From Wolbachia endosymbiont of Cimex lectularius (GTDB lineage: Bacteria; Pseudomonadota; Alphaproteobacteria; Rickettsiales; Anaplasmataceae): a stretch of 32,000 bases of DNA. Position 1 is the stretch's first letter, and the number at the start of each line of letters is the position of its first letter. A model generated the notes under the pieces. That model searched no databases. It was not told the origin of the DNA and saw only the letters and a list, made by a program, of their open reading frames with translations. The DNA is taken from positions 210,001 to 242,000 of the forward strand of contig NZ_AP013028.1 in NCBI RefSeq assembly GCF_000829315.1. Reading direction: 5' to 3'. Below are positions 1 through 11,264 of the stretch, in pieces. Made by a program: the position numbers and the translations under genes.

Positions 1-44
1 TGGAAGTGTAGCTGATACAGCAAAATAGGTTAGTCGTTAATGAC

Positions 45-1319
45 ATGTTGAATGAGGATTTGGTAGATTATAACTTGAGTGATGAACCCACCTCTCGACA
101 TAAGACTCATACTGTAAAAGTTGGACAAGTGAAAATAGGTGGAAATAACCCTGTAGTTGTTCAATCCATGGCACTTGGTGTACACATAGATTCTGACGAC
201 ATAAAAGGCAGTGCTAAGCAATATGCAAAAGAAGTAATGGAGTTAGCACATGCGGGTTCGGAGTTGGTGAGAATTGCTTTAAACTCAGAGGAAGTAGCAA
301 AAGCAATACCTTATGTAGTAGAAGAGTTGAATGAAGAAGGCTTCGACGGTAAGATACTGGTAGGTTGTGGGCAATATGAGCTGGACAGGCTGGTTCAAGA
401 TTATCCAGACAACATTAAGATGCTGGGTAAAATTAGGATGAATCCAGGTAATATAGGCTTTGGAGACAAACGTGATGAAAAATTTGAAAGGGTTATAGAG
501 TATGCAATAAAGCACGACATTCCGATTAGAATTGGAGTAAATTGGGGCAGCCTTGATAAGTACCTTTCACAAAAACTAATGGATGAGAACTCCTTGTCTA
601 GTAATCCAAAACCTTCTGATGTTGTATTGCGCAAGGCACTTGTAATGTCAGCTCTGAGCAGTGCACAGAAGGCTGAAGAAATTGGCCTCAGTGTGGATAA
701 AATAATCATTTCGTGTAAGGTTAGTAGAGTGCAAGATTTAATCTCAGTTTACACAGCGCTTGCAAAATCCTCCAATTATGCTTTGCACTTGGGCTTAACT
801 GAAGCTGGCATGGGCAACAAAGGCGTGATAAATACTACGGCAGGGCTTACTTACTTATTACAAAATGGTATTGGAGACACGATACGTGCTTCTTTAACTC
901 AACGCCCTGGCGAATCACGAACTAACGAAGTGACAGTATGTCAAGAAATATTGCAGTCTATAGGTTTACGTCACTTTAATCCTCAAGTTAGCTCATGTCC
1001 CGGATGTGGGCGCACAAATAGCGATCGTTTTCGGGTATTAACTGAAGAAGTAAATGATTATATAAAAACTTGCATGCCGATCTGGAAGAAAAAAAATCCA
1101 GGTGTGGAGCATATGAGTATTGCTGTTATGGGATGCATCGTAAATGGTCCTGGAGAAAGTAAACACGCAAATTTGGGAATCAGCTTACCTGGATATGGAG
1201 AAAAGCCCGTTTCAGCAGTTTATAAAGACGGCAAATACTTTAAAACTTTACAAGGCAATAACATCTTTGGAGAATTTAAGGCAATTATTGATAATTATGT
1301 AAAGGAGCATTACACATAA
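45..1319 (+). CDS. ispG: 4-hydroxy-3-methylbut-2-en-1-yl diphosphate synthase (IspG/GcpE)
   Basis: 424-aa ORF with VQSMALG near the N-terminus, the CPGCGRT Fe-S cysteine motif and [12 protein letters not shown], all typical of IspG. Confidence 0.96.
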   Translation: MLNEDLVDYNLSDEPTSRHKTHTVKVGQVKIGGNNPVVVQSMALGVHIDSDDIKGSAKQYAKEVMELAHAGSELVRIALNSEEVAKAIPYVVEELNEEGFDGKILVGCGQYELDRLVQDYPDNIKMLGKIRMNPGNIGFGDKRDEKFERVIEYAIKHDIPIRIGVNWGSLDKYLSQKLMDENSLSSNPKPSDVVLRKALVMSALSSAQKAEEIGLSVDKIIISCKVSRVQDLISVYTALAKSSNYALHLGLTEAGMGNKGVINTTAGLTYLLQNGIGDTIRASLTQRPGESRTNEVTVCQEILQSIGLRHFNPQVSSCPGCGRTNSDRFRVLTEEVNDYIKTCMPIWKKKNPGVEHMSIAVMGCIVNGPGESKHANLGISLPGYGEKPVSAVYKDGKYFKTLQGNNIFGEFKAIIDNYVKEHYT

Positions 1320-1358
1320 CCATCCAAGGGCGTCATGCCAGCGCCTCCTTTTCTTGTC

Positions 1359-1382
1359 ATCCCAGTGCTCCAGCACTGGGAT
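1359..1382. repeat. Perfect inverted repeat / hairpin ATCCCAGTGCT-CC-AGCACTGGGAT
   Basis: Direct reading: the arms are exact reverse complements. Confidence 0.8.
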
Positions 1383-1465
1383 CTAGCTTTTCCATAATCA
1401 TCAAAACGTCGTATTTTAACATAAAACAGCTACTTTTATACTCACCAACTTAATAAAATTCCTGG

Positions 1466-1488
1466 ATGCCAGTGTCAAGCACTGGCAT
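1466..1488. repeat. Inverted repeat / hairpin ATGCCAGTG-TCAAG-CACTGGCAT
   Basis: Direct reading: 9-bp perfect arms with a 5-nt loop; related to the hairpin at 1359. Confidence 0.75.
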
Positions 1489-1514
1489 GACACCCTAGTG
1501 GTAGGCTCAAATCA

Positions 1515-1970
1515 CAATGTTCGTACAGTTGTGCGTCACGCGCTGGAATGACACCCTCCTATGCAGTTCATAAATTGCAACTAGCTATAAGCGTTAAAAA
1601 ATTTACCAAGCGAAGAAAAAAGCAAAAGAAGCCCTGGTCACAGTCTATTTTAGTATTGGCGTTTTTATGCCTTAAACGCTGCAATTTAGCTGCTTTTAAA
1701 CGCAACTAGTCTAAGCTATAATATTTAAGAAATTTACCAAGTAGAAGAAAAAAACAATAAAACCCTGAGGTAGCTAGTTATTCCACTCTCTATTTTAAAA
1801 TCCGGCGTTGGGTGATGTTTTAAACTACTTATAAGCGCGTTTCAGCTTGTATGGGCAAAAACCCGAAGTTTTAAAAAGACATGCAGTGCACAGATTGAGA
1901 GGTTAAACAAATAGCTTCAGTATCATTATAAGGGTAACGGCGAAGGTTGTCAAGTAATTTTTTTGTTTCA
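1515..1970. repeat. Dispersed intergenic repeat block, copy 1 (starts CAATGTTCGTACAGTTGTGCG, contains two AAATTTACCAAG subunits, ends GTCAAGTAATTTTTTTGTTTCA)
   Basis: Same ordered motifs recur at ~26792-27258; the subunits and end motif also recur at ~20831-21232. Confidence 0.7.
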
Positions 1971-2007
1971 TAGCATGTCAAAATTGGTTTGCTGTGCAAG
2001 AGCTCTA

Positions 2008-2730
2008 CTAAAGCGAAAGCATGAGGTCTCTTGACTCTGGAAATCTCATGTTTAGCTGCGAAAATAGGTACTTATTTAAAAAATATCCTGTGACTTTTAG
2101 CCCTAATTGAAATTCTCGATATGAGTAGCTGTTTTGTAGGTTATTATTATATACATCATGCAGCATTTGCGGAAAAGGCAGCAGTTTATCTGCATAATAA
2201 TCTCCTGCTTGTTTTGACACCGCTCTGCCGGTTTTTGGAGAAATAAATTGTAAATCTTCCTGAGCACCTGTCACAGCGCATTTGAATAAATCTAGCTTAA
2301 ATCCAAGCTGTGTGAGAAGCAAAAGCTCTAAGTTGAGGTAATGGCCTTGCCAGGACTCATTATCGTGCTTGATTACATCGATGAAGTATAGAAAATTATC
2401 GTACAGTACAGCATAAGGCTCACTTTCTGGAAGCACTTTCTCCAAAATAGAAGAAAAAGAAACAATAGTGATGCTTTTTAGTCTGTCCTGAAAGAAATGG
2501 TGGAATGGAGATTCGATCAGTTCGCACTTAAAAAATCCCAGATTTTCAGGTAGTTTAGCACTCCATTCTGCATGTAATAGATTGCTTATTTGAAACTTGT
2601 AGTTACTATCATTTGTTAGCCTGGTTAATCCCCTGCGCTTTCCGTGATTTTTTGTAAACAAAGAAAGAACTAAGTTTTTGTCACCGTACTTTTTAATGGC
2701 TATAACGATGCCTTCATCTTTCCATCTCAT
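2008..2730 (-). CDS. recO: DNA repair protein RecO
   Basis: 240-aa ORF starting MRWKDEGIVIAIKKYGDKNLVLSLFTKNHGKRRG, typical of the RecO N-terminal OB fold. Confidence 0.88.
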   Translation of the reverse strand: MRWKDEGIVIAIKKYGDKNLVLSLFTKNHGKRRGLTRLTNDSNYKFQISNLLHAEWSAKLPENLGFFKCELIESPFHHFFQDRLKSITIVSFSSILEKVLPESEPYAVLYDNFLYFIDVIKHDNESWQGHYLNLELLLLTQLGFKLDLFKCAVTGAQEDLQFISPKTGRAVSKQAGDYYADKLLPFPQMLHDVYNNNLQNSYSYREFQLGLKVTGYFLNKYLFSQLNMRFPESRDLMLSL

Positions 2731-2927
2731 TTGGAGTATATTGACCTATAATATTATATATATATAGTAGTAAAATCAGTACAGCAAATTCTGAAGCTCA
2801 ATAATTAAAAGGGGCTTAAATTATGAGACTGGGGCTTTTTCATGCTGCCATCGAGCAAATGCCATTATTGGTCAGTGATCGTAGAGGTTGAGCTAAAATT
2901 ATTAGAATAGTAACGTTTATTTTTATA

Positions 2928-2956
2928 TTGACTATTGAGGTTTATTATTTTATAAC
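2928..2956 (+). promoter_or_regulatory. Candidate sigma70-type promoter for the str/S10 operon (TTGACT, 17-nt spacer, TATAAC)
   Basis: TTGACT at 2928-2933 and TATAAC at 2951-2956, 40 nt upstream of rpsL. Confidence 0.5.
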
Positions 2957-2995
2957 TGGGGCTTAAGTTATTTTATGAGCTTGGGTTTTTAATAT

Positions 2996-3370
2996 ATGCC
3001 TACGATAAATCAGTTAGTACGCAAGGGTAGATTGAAATTATCATGTAAGAAAAAGGTACCAGCCTTGGGAAAAAATAACCCTCAGAGGAGGGGTGTTTGC
3101 ACTAAGGTGTATACTATAACTCCTAGGAAACCTAACTCAGCATTGCGTAAGGTAGCTAGAGTAAGGATTAGTGGATATGGTGAAGTGACAGCTTATATAC
3201 CTGGTGAGGGCCATAATTTACAAGAGCACTCTGTTGTTTTGATACGTGGTGGGAGAGTTAAAGATTTACCGGGTGTGCGTTATCACATAATAAGAGGTGC
3301 TCTTGATTTGCGTGGTGTACAAAATCGAAAGAAAGCTCGTTCAAAATATGGTGTAAAGAGATCTGGTTGA
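2996..3370 (+). CDS. rpsL: 30S ribosomal protein S12
   Basis: [12 protein letters not shown]...; [34 protein letters not shown]. Confidence 0.98.
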   Translation: MPTINQLVRKGRLKLSCKKKVPALGKNNPQRRGVCTKVYTITPRKPNSALRKVARVRISGYGEVTAYIPGEGHNLQEHSVVLIRGGRVKDLPGVRYHIIRGALDLRGVQNRKKARSKYGVKRSG

Positions 3371-3855
3371 AGTTTATGGCTCGTCGTAATAAAGCAAGAA
3401 AGAGAGAGATAGTTCCTGATTTGCGTTACAGTAGTGTTTTGTTGATGCGTTTCATTAATGTAATTATGAAATGTGGTAAAAAATCCATTGCAGAAAAAAT
3501 TGTCTATGGTGCTTTATCTTCAGCTGAAAAGAAAATAAATGAAAGCGGGATATTAATTTTTGAAACAGCAGTAGAAAATGTTACACCTTCTGTAGAAGTA
3601 CGTTCTCGTCGTATTGGCGGCGCAACTTATCAAGTACCTTGTGAAGTTAGGAAAGATAGAGCAATTTCTTTAGCATTGAGGTGGATTGCTAAAGCTGCTT
3701 CCGTTGCTAGAAAGAAGAGTGGCAAAACTTCTGCTGATTGTCTGCAATCTGAAATAATAGATGCTTATAATAAGCGCGGTGGTGCGTTTAAGATGTATGA
3801 GGAAAAATATAAAATGGCTGAAGCTAATAAGGCCTTTTCTCATCTTCGCTTTTGA
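3367..3855 (+). CDS. rpsG: 30S ribosomal protein S7
   Basis: [17 protein letters not shown]...[22 protein letters not shown]; overlaps the rpsL end. The track start is GTG-type; the ATG in frame at 3376 is likely the true start. Confidence 0.96.
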   Translation: MKFMARRNKARKREIVPDLRYSSVLLMRFINVIMKCGKKSIAEKIVYGALSSAEKKINESGILIFETAVENVTPSVEVRSRRIGGATYQVPCEVRKDRAISLALRWIAKAASVARKKSGKTSADCLQSEIIDAYNKRGGAFKMYEEKYKMAEANKAFSHLRF

Positions 3856-3876
3856 TGTTGGCTAATTAATGGTAAT

Positions 3877-5943
3877 ATGGAAATTAATATATCTAAATAC
3901 AGGAATATAGGTATAATGGCTCATATAGATGCTGGTAAGACTACCACAACGGAGCGTATTTTATTTTATACTGGTAAACAAAATAGAATTGGTGAAGTGC
4001 ATGATGGTGCAGCTTCTATGGATTGGATGGAGCAGGAGAAAGAGCGTGGTATTACAATCACATCTGCTGCAACAACTTGTTTTTGGAATAATCATAGAAT
4101 CAATATAATAGATACTCCCGGGCACGTTGACTTTACTATTGAGGTTGAAAGATCTTTGAGAGTTTTAGATGGTGCAGTTGCTGTATTTGATGGAGTTGCA
4201 GGAGTTGAGCCTCAATCTGAGACTGTTTGGCGTCAAGCTGATAAGTATAATGTCCCTCGCATCTGTTTTGTCAACAAAATGGATAGAATAGGAGCCAATT
4301 TTTATCGATGTGTTGATATGATTAAGAGCAAGCTTGGGGCAGTGCCTCTAGTCATTCAGCTACCTATAGGGAGTGAGAAGGATTTTAAGGGCATAGTAGA
4401 TCTTATCTCTATGAAGGCTATTATATGGGAAGAAGAGACGTTAGGTGCTAAATTTTCCTATGAAGATATTCCTTCTGATTTGCTTGATAAAGCTCAAGAG
4501 TATCGAAATCTTTTATTAGATACTGCAGCTGGGATGGATGATGAAGCAATGAACACTTATTTTGAATCTAATGACCTGCCAGTAGATTTGCTGAAGAAAT
4601 GTGTGAGGAGCGAAGCTATTAAAGGGGCGTTTGTTCCTGTATTATGTGGATCAGCTTTTAAAAATAAAGGAGTACAGCCGCTTTTAGACGGTATAGTTGA
4701 TTTTCTACCTTCCCCTATTGATGTTGATGAAATTGTTGGAACTAATCCTAAGGATTCAGAAAAGAAAATTGCGATTAAACCTTCAGAGCAAGAAAAATTT
4801 GTCGCTCTTGCATTTAAAGTGATGACAGATAAATTTGTGGGTAGCTTAACGTTTATTCGTATTTATTCCGGTAAGTTGAAGTCTAAATCTACTGTGTTGA
4901 ATGCGGTAAAAAATGAGACTGAAGGAATTGGTAGAATGCTGCTTATGCATGCGAACAACAGGGAAGATATAAACGAAGCTAAAGTTGGGGATATAGTTGC
5001 TTTAGTTGGATTGAAAAAAACAATTACTGGTGATACTTTATGTTCGCATGATTTTCCTATATTATTAGAGCGTATGGAATTTCCTGAGCCTGTTATTGAA
5101 ATTGCTGTGGAGCCTAAGACTACTTCAGATCAGGAAAAGTTAGGTGTTGCTTTAAATAGATTAGTTGCAGAGGATCCTTCTTTAAGAATGTCGGTAAATG
5201 CGGAAAGTGGTCAGACTATATTAAAAGGTATGGGTGAATTGCATCTTGAAATTATTACAGATAGAGTAAAGCGTGAGTTTAACGTTGATGTTAATATTGG
5301 TGCACCTCAGGTTGCGTATCGTGAAACTATTACTAAATCTGTTGAAATTGATTACACTCACAAAAAACAATCAGGTGGTGCTGGTCAATTTGCTAGAGTG
5401 AAGATCTTATTTGAACCTCTTGAACCTGGTTCTGGGTTTCAATTTGAAAGCAAAATCGTGGGTGGTGCAATTCCAAAAGAATACATTCCTGGTGTGCAAA
5501 ATGGTTTGGAGTTGATAAAAGAGGGAGGAATGATCTATGGCTTCCCAGTTATTGATTTTAAGGCTACTCTTATTGATGGTGCCTTTCATGAAGTTGATTC
5601 AAGTCCTTTAGCTTTTGAGCTAGCTGCCAAAGGTGCTTTTAAGGAAATGGCAAATAAAGCTGGTCCAAAGATGTTAGAACCTATAATGAAGGTTGAGATT
5701 ATTACACCTGAAGAGTATATGGGTGATATTATGGGTGATGTAAATAGTAGAAGAGGACAAGTTTCAAGTATGGAAACGCATAATAATAGCGCTATAATTC
5801 TTGCTTTAGTGCCTCTTGCAAGTATGTTTGGTTATATAAATGTTTTGCGTTCTATATCTCAAGGAAGGGCTCAATATAGTATGCATTTTTCTTGTTATGA
5901 ACAAGTGCCACAGTATGTGGTTGATGAGTTAAGGTATAATTAA
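3877..5943 (+). CDS. fusA: Elongation factor G
   Basis: [25 protein letters not shown]-loop, full-length 688 aa. Confidence 0.98.
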   Translation: MEINISKYRNIGIMAHIDAGKTTTTERILFYTGKQNRIGEVHDGAASMDWMEQEKERGITITSAATTCFWNNHRINIIDTPGHVDFTIEVERSLRVLDGAVAVFDGVAGVEPQSETVWRQADKYNVPRICFVNKMDRIGANFYRCVDMIKSKLGAVPLVIQLPIGSEKDFKGIVDLISMKAIIWEEETLGAKFSYEDIPSDLLDKAQEYRNLLLDTAAGMDDEAMNTYFESNDLPVDLLKKCVRSEAIKGAFVPVLCGSAFKNKGVQPLLDGIVDFLPSPIDVDEIVGTNPKDSEKKIAIKPSEQEKFVALAFKVMTDKFVGSLTFIRIYSGKLKSKSTVLNAVKNETEGIGRMLLMHANNREDINEAKVGDIVALVGLKKTITGDTLCSHDFPILLERMEFPEPVIEIAVEPKTTSDQEKLGVALNRLVAEDPSLRMSVNAESGQTILKGMGELHLEIITDRVKREFNVDVNIGAPQVAYRETITKSVEIDYTHKKQSGGAGQFARVKILFEPLEPGSGFQFESKIVGGAIPKEYIPGVQNGLELIKEGGMIYGFPVIDFKATLIDGAFHEVDSSPLAFELAAKGAFKEMANKAGPKMLEPIMKVEIITPEEYMGDIMGDVNSRRGQVSSMETHNNSAIILALVPLASMFGYINVLRSISQGRAQYSMHFSCYEQVPQYVVDELRYN

Positions 5944-5954
5944 GGGTAACGATT

Positions 5955-7130
5955 ATGACACAAGTAGTAGAAGCATTTGGCAAGCCGCATGTGAATGTGG
6001 GGACAATAGGGCATGTGGATCATGGGAAGACGACATTGACAGCGGCGATAACAAAGTATTATGGGAATTTTGTAGCATACGATCAAATAGACAAAGCACC
6101 AGAAGAGAGGAAAAGGGGAATAACGATCGCAACAGCACACGTTGAATATCAGACGGAAAAGAGGCATTATGCACATGTTGATTGTCCTGGGCATGCTGAT
6201 TATGTAAAAAACATGATAGTAGGTGCAGCACAGATGGATGCGGCAATATTGGTAGTGTCAGGAGTTGATGGGCCGATGCCACAAACAAGAGAACACATAT
6301 TACTAGCAAAGCAAGTTGGTGTTAAGTATATTGTGGTATACATAAATAAAGCTGATGTTGCTGATCACGATATGATTGGTTTGGTGGAGATGGAAGTCAG
6401 AGAATTGTTAACAAAGTATGGCTTTCCTGGAGATGAAGTACCAGTTATTGTGGGTTCGGCATTGAAAGTGCTGGAAGGTGACGAAAATAGTGAATATGGA
6501 AAAAAATCAATGGATAAATTGATGAAAGCATTAGATGAGTATGTGCCTGATCAGCCGAGGCCTGTGGATTTACCATTTTTAATGCCAATAGAAGATGTAT
6601 TTTCGATATCTGGGCGTGGAACTGTAGTAACAGGAAGAATAGAAAAGGGAGAAGTAAAGATAGGTGAAGAGATAGAAATAATAGGTCTGAAAGCAACGCA
6701 AAAGACGATATGTACAGGTGTTGAGATGTTTAAGAAGTTACTAGACAAGGGATGTGCAGGGCTCAATGTAGGGATATTGCTGAGGGGAACAAAGAGAGAA
6801 GAAGTGGAGAGGGGGCAGGTATTAGCAAAGCCAGGGACAATAACACCGCATAAGAGGTTTAAGGCGGAGGTGTATATATTGAAGAAAGAAGAAGGAGGGA
6901 GGCATACGCCATTTTTTGCAAATTATCAGCCACAATTTTATATAAGGACGACAGATGTAACGGGAAGTATAAAATTGCTGGAAGGGAAAGAGATGGTAAT
7001 GCCGGGAGATAATGTAAGTATAGAAGTGGAATTGCAAGTATCAATAGCGATGGATAAGGGATTGCGTTTTGCAATAAGAGAGGGTGGTAGAACTGTTGGT
7101 TCTGGTGTTGTTTCTGAAATTTTGGAGTAG
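5955..7130 (+). CDS. tuf: Elongation factor Tu
   Basis: [44 protein letters not shown], full-length 391 aa. Confidence 0.98.
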   Translation: MTQVVEAFGKPHVNVGTIGHVDHGKTTLTAAITKYYGNFVAYDQIDKAPEERKRGITIATAHVEYQTEKRHYAHVDCPGHADYVKNMIVGAAQMDAAILVVSGVDGPMPQTREHILLAKQVGVKYIVVYINKADVADHDMIGLVEMEVRELLTKYGFPGDEVPVIVGSALKVLEGDENSEYGKKSMDKLMKALDEYVPDQPRPVDLPFLMPIEDVFSISGRGTVVTGRIEKGEVKIGEEIEIIGLKATQKTICTGVEMFKKLLDKGCAGLNVGILLRGTKREEVERGQVLAKPGTITPHKRFKAEVYILKKEEGGRHTPFFANYQPQFYIRTTDVTGSIKLLEGKEMVMPGDNVSIEVELQVSIAMDKGLRFAIREGGRTVGSGVVSEILE

Positions 7131-7132
7131 AC

Positions 7133-7501
7133 GTGGTGATTGAAGTAGAGCAAGTTGGATATATTATAGGTGAAGCTTTTGATTGTTCAAAATTAGAAAT
7201 GTATATTGGAGATTCTGCACGTGTGTTAAAGAATAAACTTAAGCATTTTGGTGTAAAAGTGTCCGGCCCAGTTGCATTGAAAAGGAAAAATTTTAGGTTT
7301 GATACTAATAGGTCTCCTCACGTTGATAAAAAATCTCGTGAACAGTTTGAACAGAGAGCTTCTAAGCGTTTGATTGTGTTATATGGTCTCACCCCTGCTG
7401 TGATGCAAATGCTTGGAGATTCATCTCTTTTTCCTCCTCCACCTTCCGGTGTGGAAACTTATTTAAAGATCAAAAAAGTCAAGTTTAAGAAAGAGAAATG
7501 A
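7133..7501 (+). CDS. rpsJ: 30S ribosomal protein S10 (divergent C-terminus)
   Basis: Core VKVSGPVALKRKNFRFDTNRSPHVDKKSREQFEQRASKRL and conserved position between tuf and rplC. Confidence 0.85.
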   Translation: MVIEVEQVGYIIGEAFDCSKLEMYIGDSARVLKNKLKHFGVKVSGPVALKRKNFRFDTNRSPHVDKKSREQFEQRASKRLIVLYGLTPAVMQMLGDSSLFPPPPSGVETYLKIKKVKFKKEK

Positions 7502-8223
7502 AAAGAATGAATTTGTTGAAAAGAATTGGTTTATTGATGACAAATATTGGTCATACTGCTGTATACTCTGATAGTGGTCGCATGGTTGTAACTTTATTGC
7601 ATCTTAGTGAAACTTGTATTGTTGATGTGAAAGAGCAAGATAAATGTGGTTATAATTCGGTTATTTTAGGTACTGGGGATTTTAAAAATATTGCAAAACC
7701 TCAGTTAGAATACTTAAAGAAGAGAGGAATAAATAGTAGATATAGACTATATGAAAGTAGATTGAGTGATCTCTCAGGAATAGAGTGTGGTAAAAGAGTG
7801 GGGGTTAACCATTTTGTGGTTGGTCAATATCTTGATATTACGGGTTATTCTGTAGGTAAGGGGTTTGCTGGTGTAATGAAGCGATATAATTTCAGTGGGC
7901 TTAGGGCATCTCACGGTGTTTCTATTGCTCATAGGTCGCAAGGTTCTACTGGTCAATGTCAGGATCCTGGTAGAGTATTTAAAGGAAAGAAAATGGCTGG
8001 TCATTTAGGTAGCAGCAGAGTAACTGTACATAACATGAAAATATTATCTATCGATCATGAAAATAGTATAATTGCTGTAAAAGGTAACAACGTTCCTGGA
8101 TTTAGAAATTCTTACGTTTTTGTGAGAGATGCAGTTAAAAAGCCTTTACATAAAGATATTCCTTTTCCGGTAGGTCTACTGTTAGATGTAAATGATGATA
8201 ATGCTAGTGGTTTGGTAAATTAG
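7498..8223 (+). CDS. rplC: 50S ribosomal protein L3
   Basis: VTLLHLSETCIVD...FKGKKMAGHLGSSRVTVHNMKI. Confidence 0.95.
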   Translation: MKRMNLLKRIGLLMTNIGHTAVYSDSGRMVVTLLHLSETCIVDVKEQDKCGYNSVILGTGDFKNIAKPQLEYLKKRGINSRYRLYESRLSDLSGIECGKRVGVNHFVVGQYLDITGYSVGKGFAGVMKRYNFSGLRASHGVSIAHRSQGSTGQCQDPGRVFKGKKMAGHLGSSRVTVHNMKILSIDHENSIIAVKGNNVPGFRNSYVFVRDAVKKPLHKDIPFPVGLLLDVNDDNASGLVN

Positions 8224-8225
8224 TT

Positions 8226-8840
8226 ATGGAATGTAAATTAGTTAATCTATCTAATGATAATATAGGTATTGCTCAGCTTAACCCTTCGATATTTTCCGTT
8301 AAGCAAAAATTGAGTATTTTGCATGATATAGTTAAATGGCAATTAGCGAAGAGGAGGGCTGGTACTCATAAAGCAAAAGGCATCAGTGATGTTTCTGGTA
8401 CAACAGCTAAGCCTTATAGTCAAAAACGCACTGGTAGAGCAAGACAAGGAAGCTTGCGTTCTCCTCAGTTTAGGGGTGGTGGAGTTATTTTTGGTCCTGT
8501 TGTTAGGAGTCATGCCTATTCTCTTAATAAAAAAGTACGCAAATTTGGTTTAAAAGTTGCTTTATCTCTAAAATATTTTAATAATCAATTAATCATTCTT
8601 GATAATTTGAATATTGATGTGAAGAAAACATCTGAAATGTGTAAATATATTAAAAATTTCAAATTTTCTTCCTTTCTGATAGTTGGTGATTATGGAGATG
8701 GATTGCTACGCTCTACTAGAAACCTACACCATGTAAACTTGATCAAGCCTATCGGGTTGAATGTTTTTGATATATTAAATCACGAATGCATAATGTTAAC
8801 AAGTGATGCTTTAAAATATCTTGAAGGTAGATTGTTATGA
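8226..8840 (+). CDS. rplD: 50S ribosomal protein L4
   Basis: YSQKRTGRARQGSLRSPQFRGGGVIFGP; operon position. Confidence 0.95.
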   Translation: MECKLVNLSNDNIGIAQLNPSIFSVKQKLSILHDIVKWQLAKRRAGTHKAKGISDVSGTTAKPYSQKRTGRARQGSLRSPQFRGGGVIFGPVVRSHAYSLNKKVRKFGLKVALSLKYFNNQLIILDNLNIDVKKTSEMCKYIKNFKFSSFLIVGDYGDGLLRSTRNLHHVNLIKPIGLNVFDILNHECIMLTSDALKYLEGRLL

Positions 8841-9124
8841 TTAAATGCAATAATATAATAAAATGTCCTATAATTACGGAAAAAGCCTCTTTTTTAAGAG
8901 AGAAATTTAATAAATATTCTTTGTATGTTTGCGTGAATGCAAATAAGTATAAAATAAAGTTGGCAATAGAGTTTCTATTTTGCGTTAAAGTTTCCTCTAT
9001 AAATATTGTTAGAGTTAAACCTAAACGTAGACGCTTTAGAGGCGTGGTTGGCTATGAAAAACAAAAAAAGAAAGTTTATTTTTCTTTGATGGATGATCAA
9101 AAGTTAGATATAATGAGTGTTTAA
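8837..9124 (+). CDS. rplW: 50S ribosomal protein L23
   Basis: [37 protein letters not shown]; operon position. Confidence 0.92.
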   Translation: MIKCNNIIKCPIITEKASFLREKFNKYSLYVCVNANKYKIKLAIEFLFCVKVSSINIVRVKPKRRRFRGVVGYEKQKKKVYFSLMDDQKLDIMSV

Positions 9125-9950
9125 TATGGGTATAAAGTTTCTTAATCCTGTTACTCCATCCTCTCGTGGAACTGTGTTAGTAAGTAAAATTGGTCTATCA
9201 AAAGATAAGCCAGAAAAGCTTCTTACATTTGGTAAAAAGTCCAGTGGTGGAAGAAATAATTACGGTAGAATTACAACTCGCCATAAGGGTGGTGGTCACA
9301 AAAAGAAGTACAGAATTGTAGATTTCAAACGTAATAGAAATGATCAAGGTATAGTTGAGAAAGTAGAATATGATCCAAATAGAAGTGGGTTTTTAGCGTT
9401 AATATCATATAAGAGCGATAATACTAAATCTTATATGCTAGCTCCACAAAACGTAAAGCCTGGTGATGTTGTAATGTCAGGAGATGATGCTGATATATTG
9501 CCAGGCAATTGTTTATCATTGAAGTGTATACCTGTTGGTTCTTTTGTTCATGGTATTGAGCTGAAGCCAGGTAATGGTGCTGTAATTGCTCGAGCTGCTG
9601 GTTGTTATGCACAAATTGTTGGTCGTGATGGCAATTATGTTTTATTACGGTTGAGGTCTGGTCAAGTTAGGTTGATTTTGTCTTCTTGCAAAGCTACTAT
9701 TGGTGTAATGTCTAATCCTGATCGTAAAAATAGAAAATTAGGTAAAGCAGGAAGAAATAGGTGGTTGGGAGTTAGGCCTACCGTTCGCGGAGTTGCTATG
9801 AATCCAGTGGATCATCCTCATGGAGGTGGAGAAGGAAAAACTTCTGGTGGGCGTCATCCCGTTACTCCTTGGGGTGTTGCAACAAAAGGAAAGAAAACTC
9901 GGAAGAGAAATAAATTTAGTGATAAGTATATAAAACAATTGAAAGGTTAG
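9117..9950 (+). CDS. rplB: 50S ribosomal protein L2
   Basis: [30 protein letters not shown]. Confidence 0.98.
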   Translation: MFNMGIKFLNPVTPSSRGTVLVSKIGLSKDKPEKLLTFGKKSSGGRNNYGRITTRHKGGGHKKKYRIVDFKRNRNDQGIVEKVEYDPNRSGFLALISYKSDNTKSYMLAPQNVKPGDVVMSGDDADILPGNCLSLKCIPVGSFVHGIELKPGNGAVIARAAGCYAQIVGRDGNYVLLRLRSGQVRLILSSCKATIGVMSNPDRKNRKLGKAGRNRWLGVRPTVRGVAMNPVDHPHGGGEGKTSGGRHPVTPWGVATKGKKTRKRNKFSDKYIKQLKG

Positions 9951-9953
9951 TTT

Positions 9954-10238
9954 ATGAGTAGATCTGCGTGGAAACCACCTTTTTGTCACCCGTCTGTGCT
10001 AAAGTTAGTGAATAGAGCTTTAAAGGAGGGTTCTATTAATAAGGTGATAAAAATTCATTCTAGAGCTTCTGTAATTCTTCCTAATTGTTTAGGTTTAAAA
10101 TTTGCTGTTTATAATGGTAAAGATTACATTCCTGTTAATGTTAATGATCAGAATATGATAGGTCATAAATTTGGTGAGTTTTCGCCTACTCGTAAGTTTA
10201 CTGGGCATAGTGGTGATAAAAAGGCAGCAAGAAGGTAA
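9954..10238 (+). CDS. rpsS: 30S ribosomal protein S19
   Basis: [13 protein letters not shown]...[21 protein letters not shown]. Confidence 0.96.
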   Translation: MSRSAWKPPFCHPSVLKLVNRALKEGSINKVIKIHSRASVILPNCLGLKFAVYNGKDYIPVNVNDQNMIGHKFGEFSPTRKFTGHSGDKKAARR

Positions 10239-10243
10239 TTAAT

Positions 10244-10594
10244 ATGAAAAACAAGTACACAGTAATTAAAGCTAGTTCTAGAGTTTTAAAATCCACTCCT
10301 CGTAAGTTAAACTTAGTTGCAAATTTAGTACGCAATAAAAAAGTTTCTTTTGCTACTGTGCAATTGAGGTTTTGCGAAAAGAAAGCTGCTGGCCTTATAG
10401 GGAAAGTATTAAATTCTGCAATTGCTAATGCTCAATATAATTATGGATTGGATATTGATAATCTATATATAAAGGAAGTTTTGGTAGGTAAGTCTTTTAC
10501 TTTGCGTAGGGTGTTCCAAAAAGCTATGGGTAGAGCTAATAGAATTAGCAAGCATTACAGCAATATAACTATAAAGTTAGAGGAAATTATATGA
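10244..10594 (+). CDS. rplV: 50S ribosomal protein L22
   Basis: [23 protein letters not shown]...; operon position. Confidence 0.94.
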   Translation: MKNKYTVIKASSRVLKSTPRKLNLVANLVRNKKVSFATVQLRFCEKKAAGLIGKVLNSAIANAQYNYGLDIDNLYIKEVLVGKSFTLRRVFQKAMGRANRISKHYSNITIKLEEII

Positions 10595-10632
10595 TTTGTA
10601 AGAGTATAAAATTAGTGAGGAAAGTGTAAAAT

Positions 10633-11253
10633 ATGGGGCAGAAGGTTAATCCTATAGGATTTAGATTAAAAATAAATACTAATACCTGGGATTCTATTTG
10701 GTATGCTAATAAAGATTACAAAGAAAAATTGCATCAGGATTTATCTATTCGCAGTTACATAAATGAGTCTTTTAAGCACGCTGGTCTTTCCAAAATAATT
10801 ATAGAGCGCAAAGTTGATTTAGTGTCTGTAACGATACATTCTTCTAGACCTGGAGTGATAATAGGTAAGAAAGGCTTAGATATTGAGAAGGTAAAACAAA
10901 AAATAGCTGAGAAAGTAAAAAATAATGTGGAAGTGAATGTAGTAGGAATAAAAAGGCCTGAAGTAGATGCAGCTTTAATATCAAACAGCATAGCACAGCA
11001 ATTAGAGAAACGTGTTTCATTTAGAAGAGCAATGAAAAAAGCTATTCAAAGTTGTTTGAGAATGGGAGGTGGAGGTATCAAGGTAAGCTGTTCTGGGCGT
11101 CTTGGTGGAGCTGAGATAGCTCGTACTGAATGGTATAAAGAAGGTCGTTTGCCTTTACACACTTTACGTGCTAATATAGATTATGCTTTTTGTGAAGCAA
11201 AGACTATATATGGTATTATAGGAGTTAAGGTTTGGGTTTATGTTGTTAATTAA
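10633..11253 (+). CDS. rpsC: 30S ribosomal protein S3
   Basis: [25 protein letters not shown]. Confidence 0.97.
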   Translation: MGQKVNPIGFRLKINTNTWDSIWYANKDYKEKLHQDLSIRSYINESFKHAGLSKIIIERKVDLVSVTIHSSRPGVIIGKKGLDIEKVKQKIAEKVKNNVEVNVVGIKRPEVDAALISNSIAQQLEKRVSFRRAMKKAIQSCLRMGGGGIKVSCSGRLGGAEIARTEWYKEGRLPLHTLRANIDYAFCEAKTIYGIIGVKVWVYVVN

Positions 11254-11264
11254 GGCGTATTGAA

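Noticed and set aside
1-44. Possible end of an upstream gene or tRNA at the window start
   Set aside because: Too short, and no cloverleaf or convincing coding frame could be supported.
1588-1985. CRISPR-like array
   Set aside because: Repeats are few, long, diverged and not separated by uniform spacers; no cas genes.
5953-6309. 118-aa minus-strand ORF opposite tuf, and other antisense ORFs across tuf and the ribosomal genes (e.g. 401-709, 6445-6696, 9738-9989, 15495-15908)
   Set aside because: Composition shadows of strongly supported genes on the plus strand; no ribosome-binding context or recognisable protein features.
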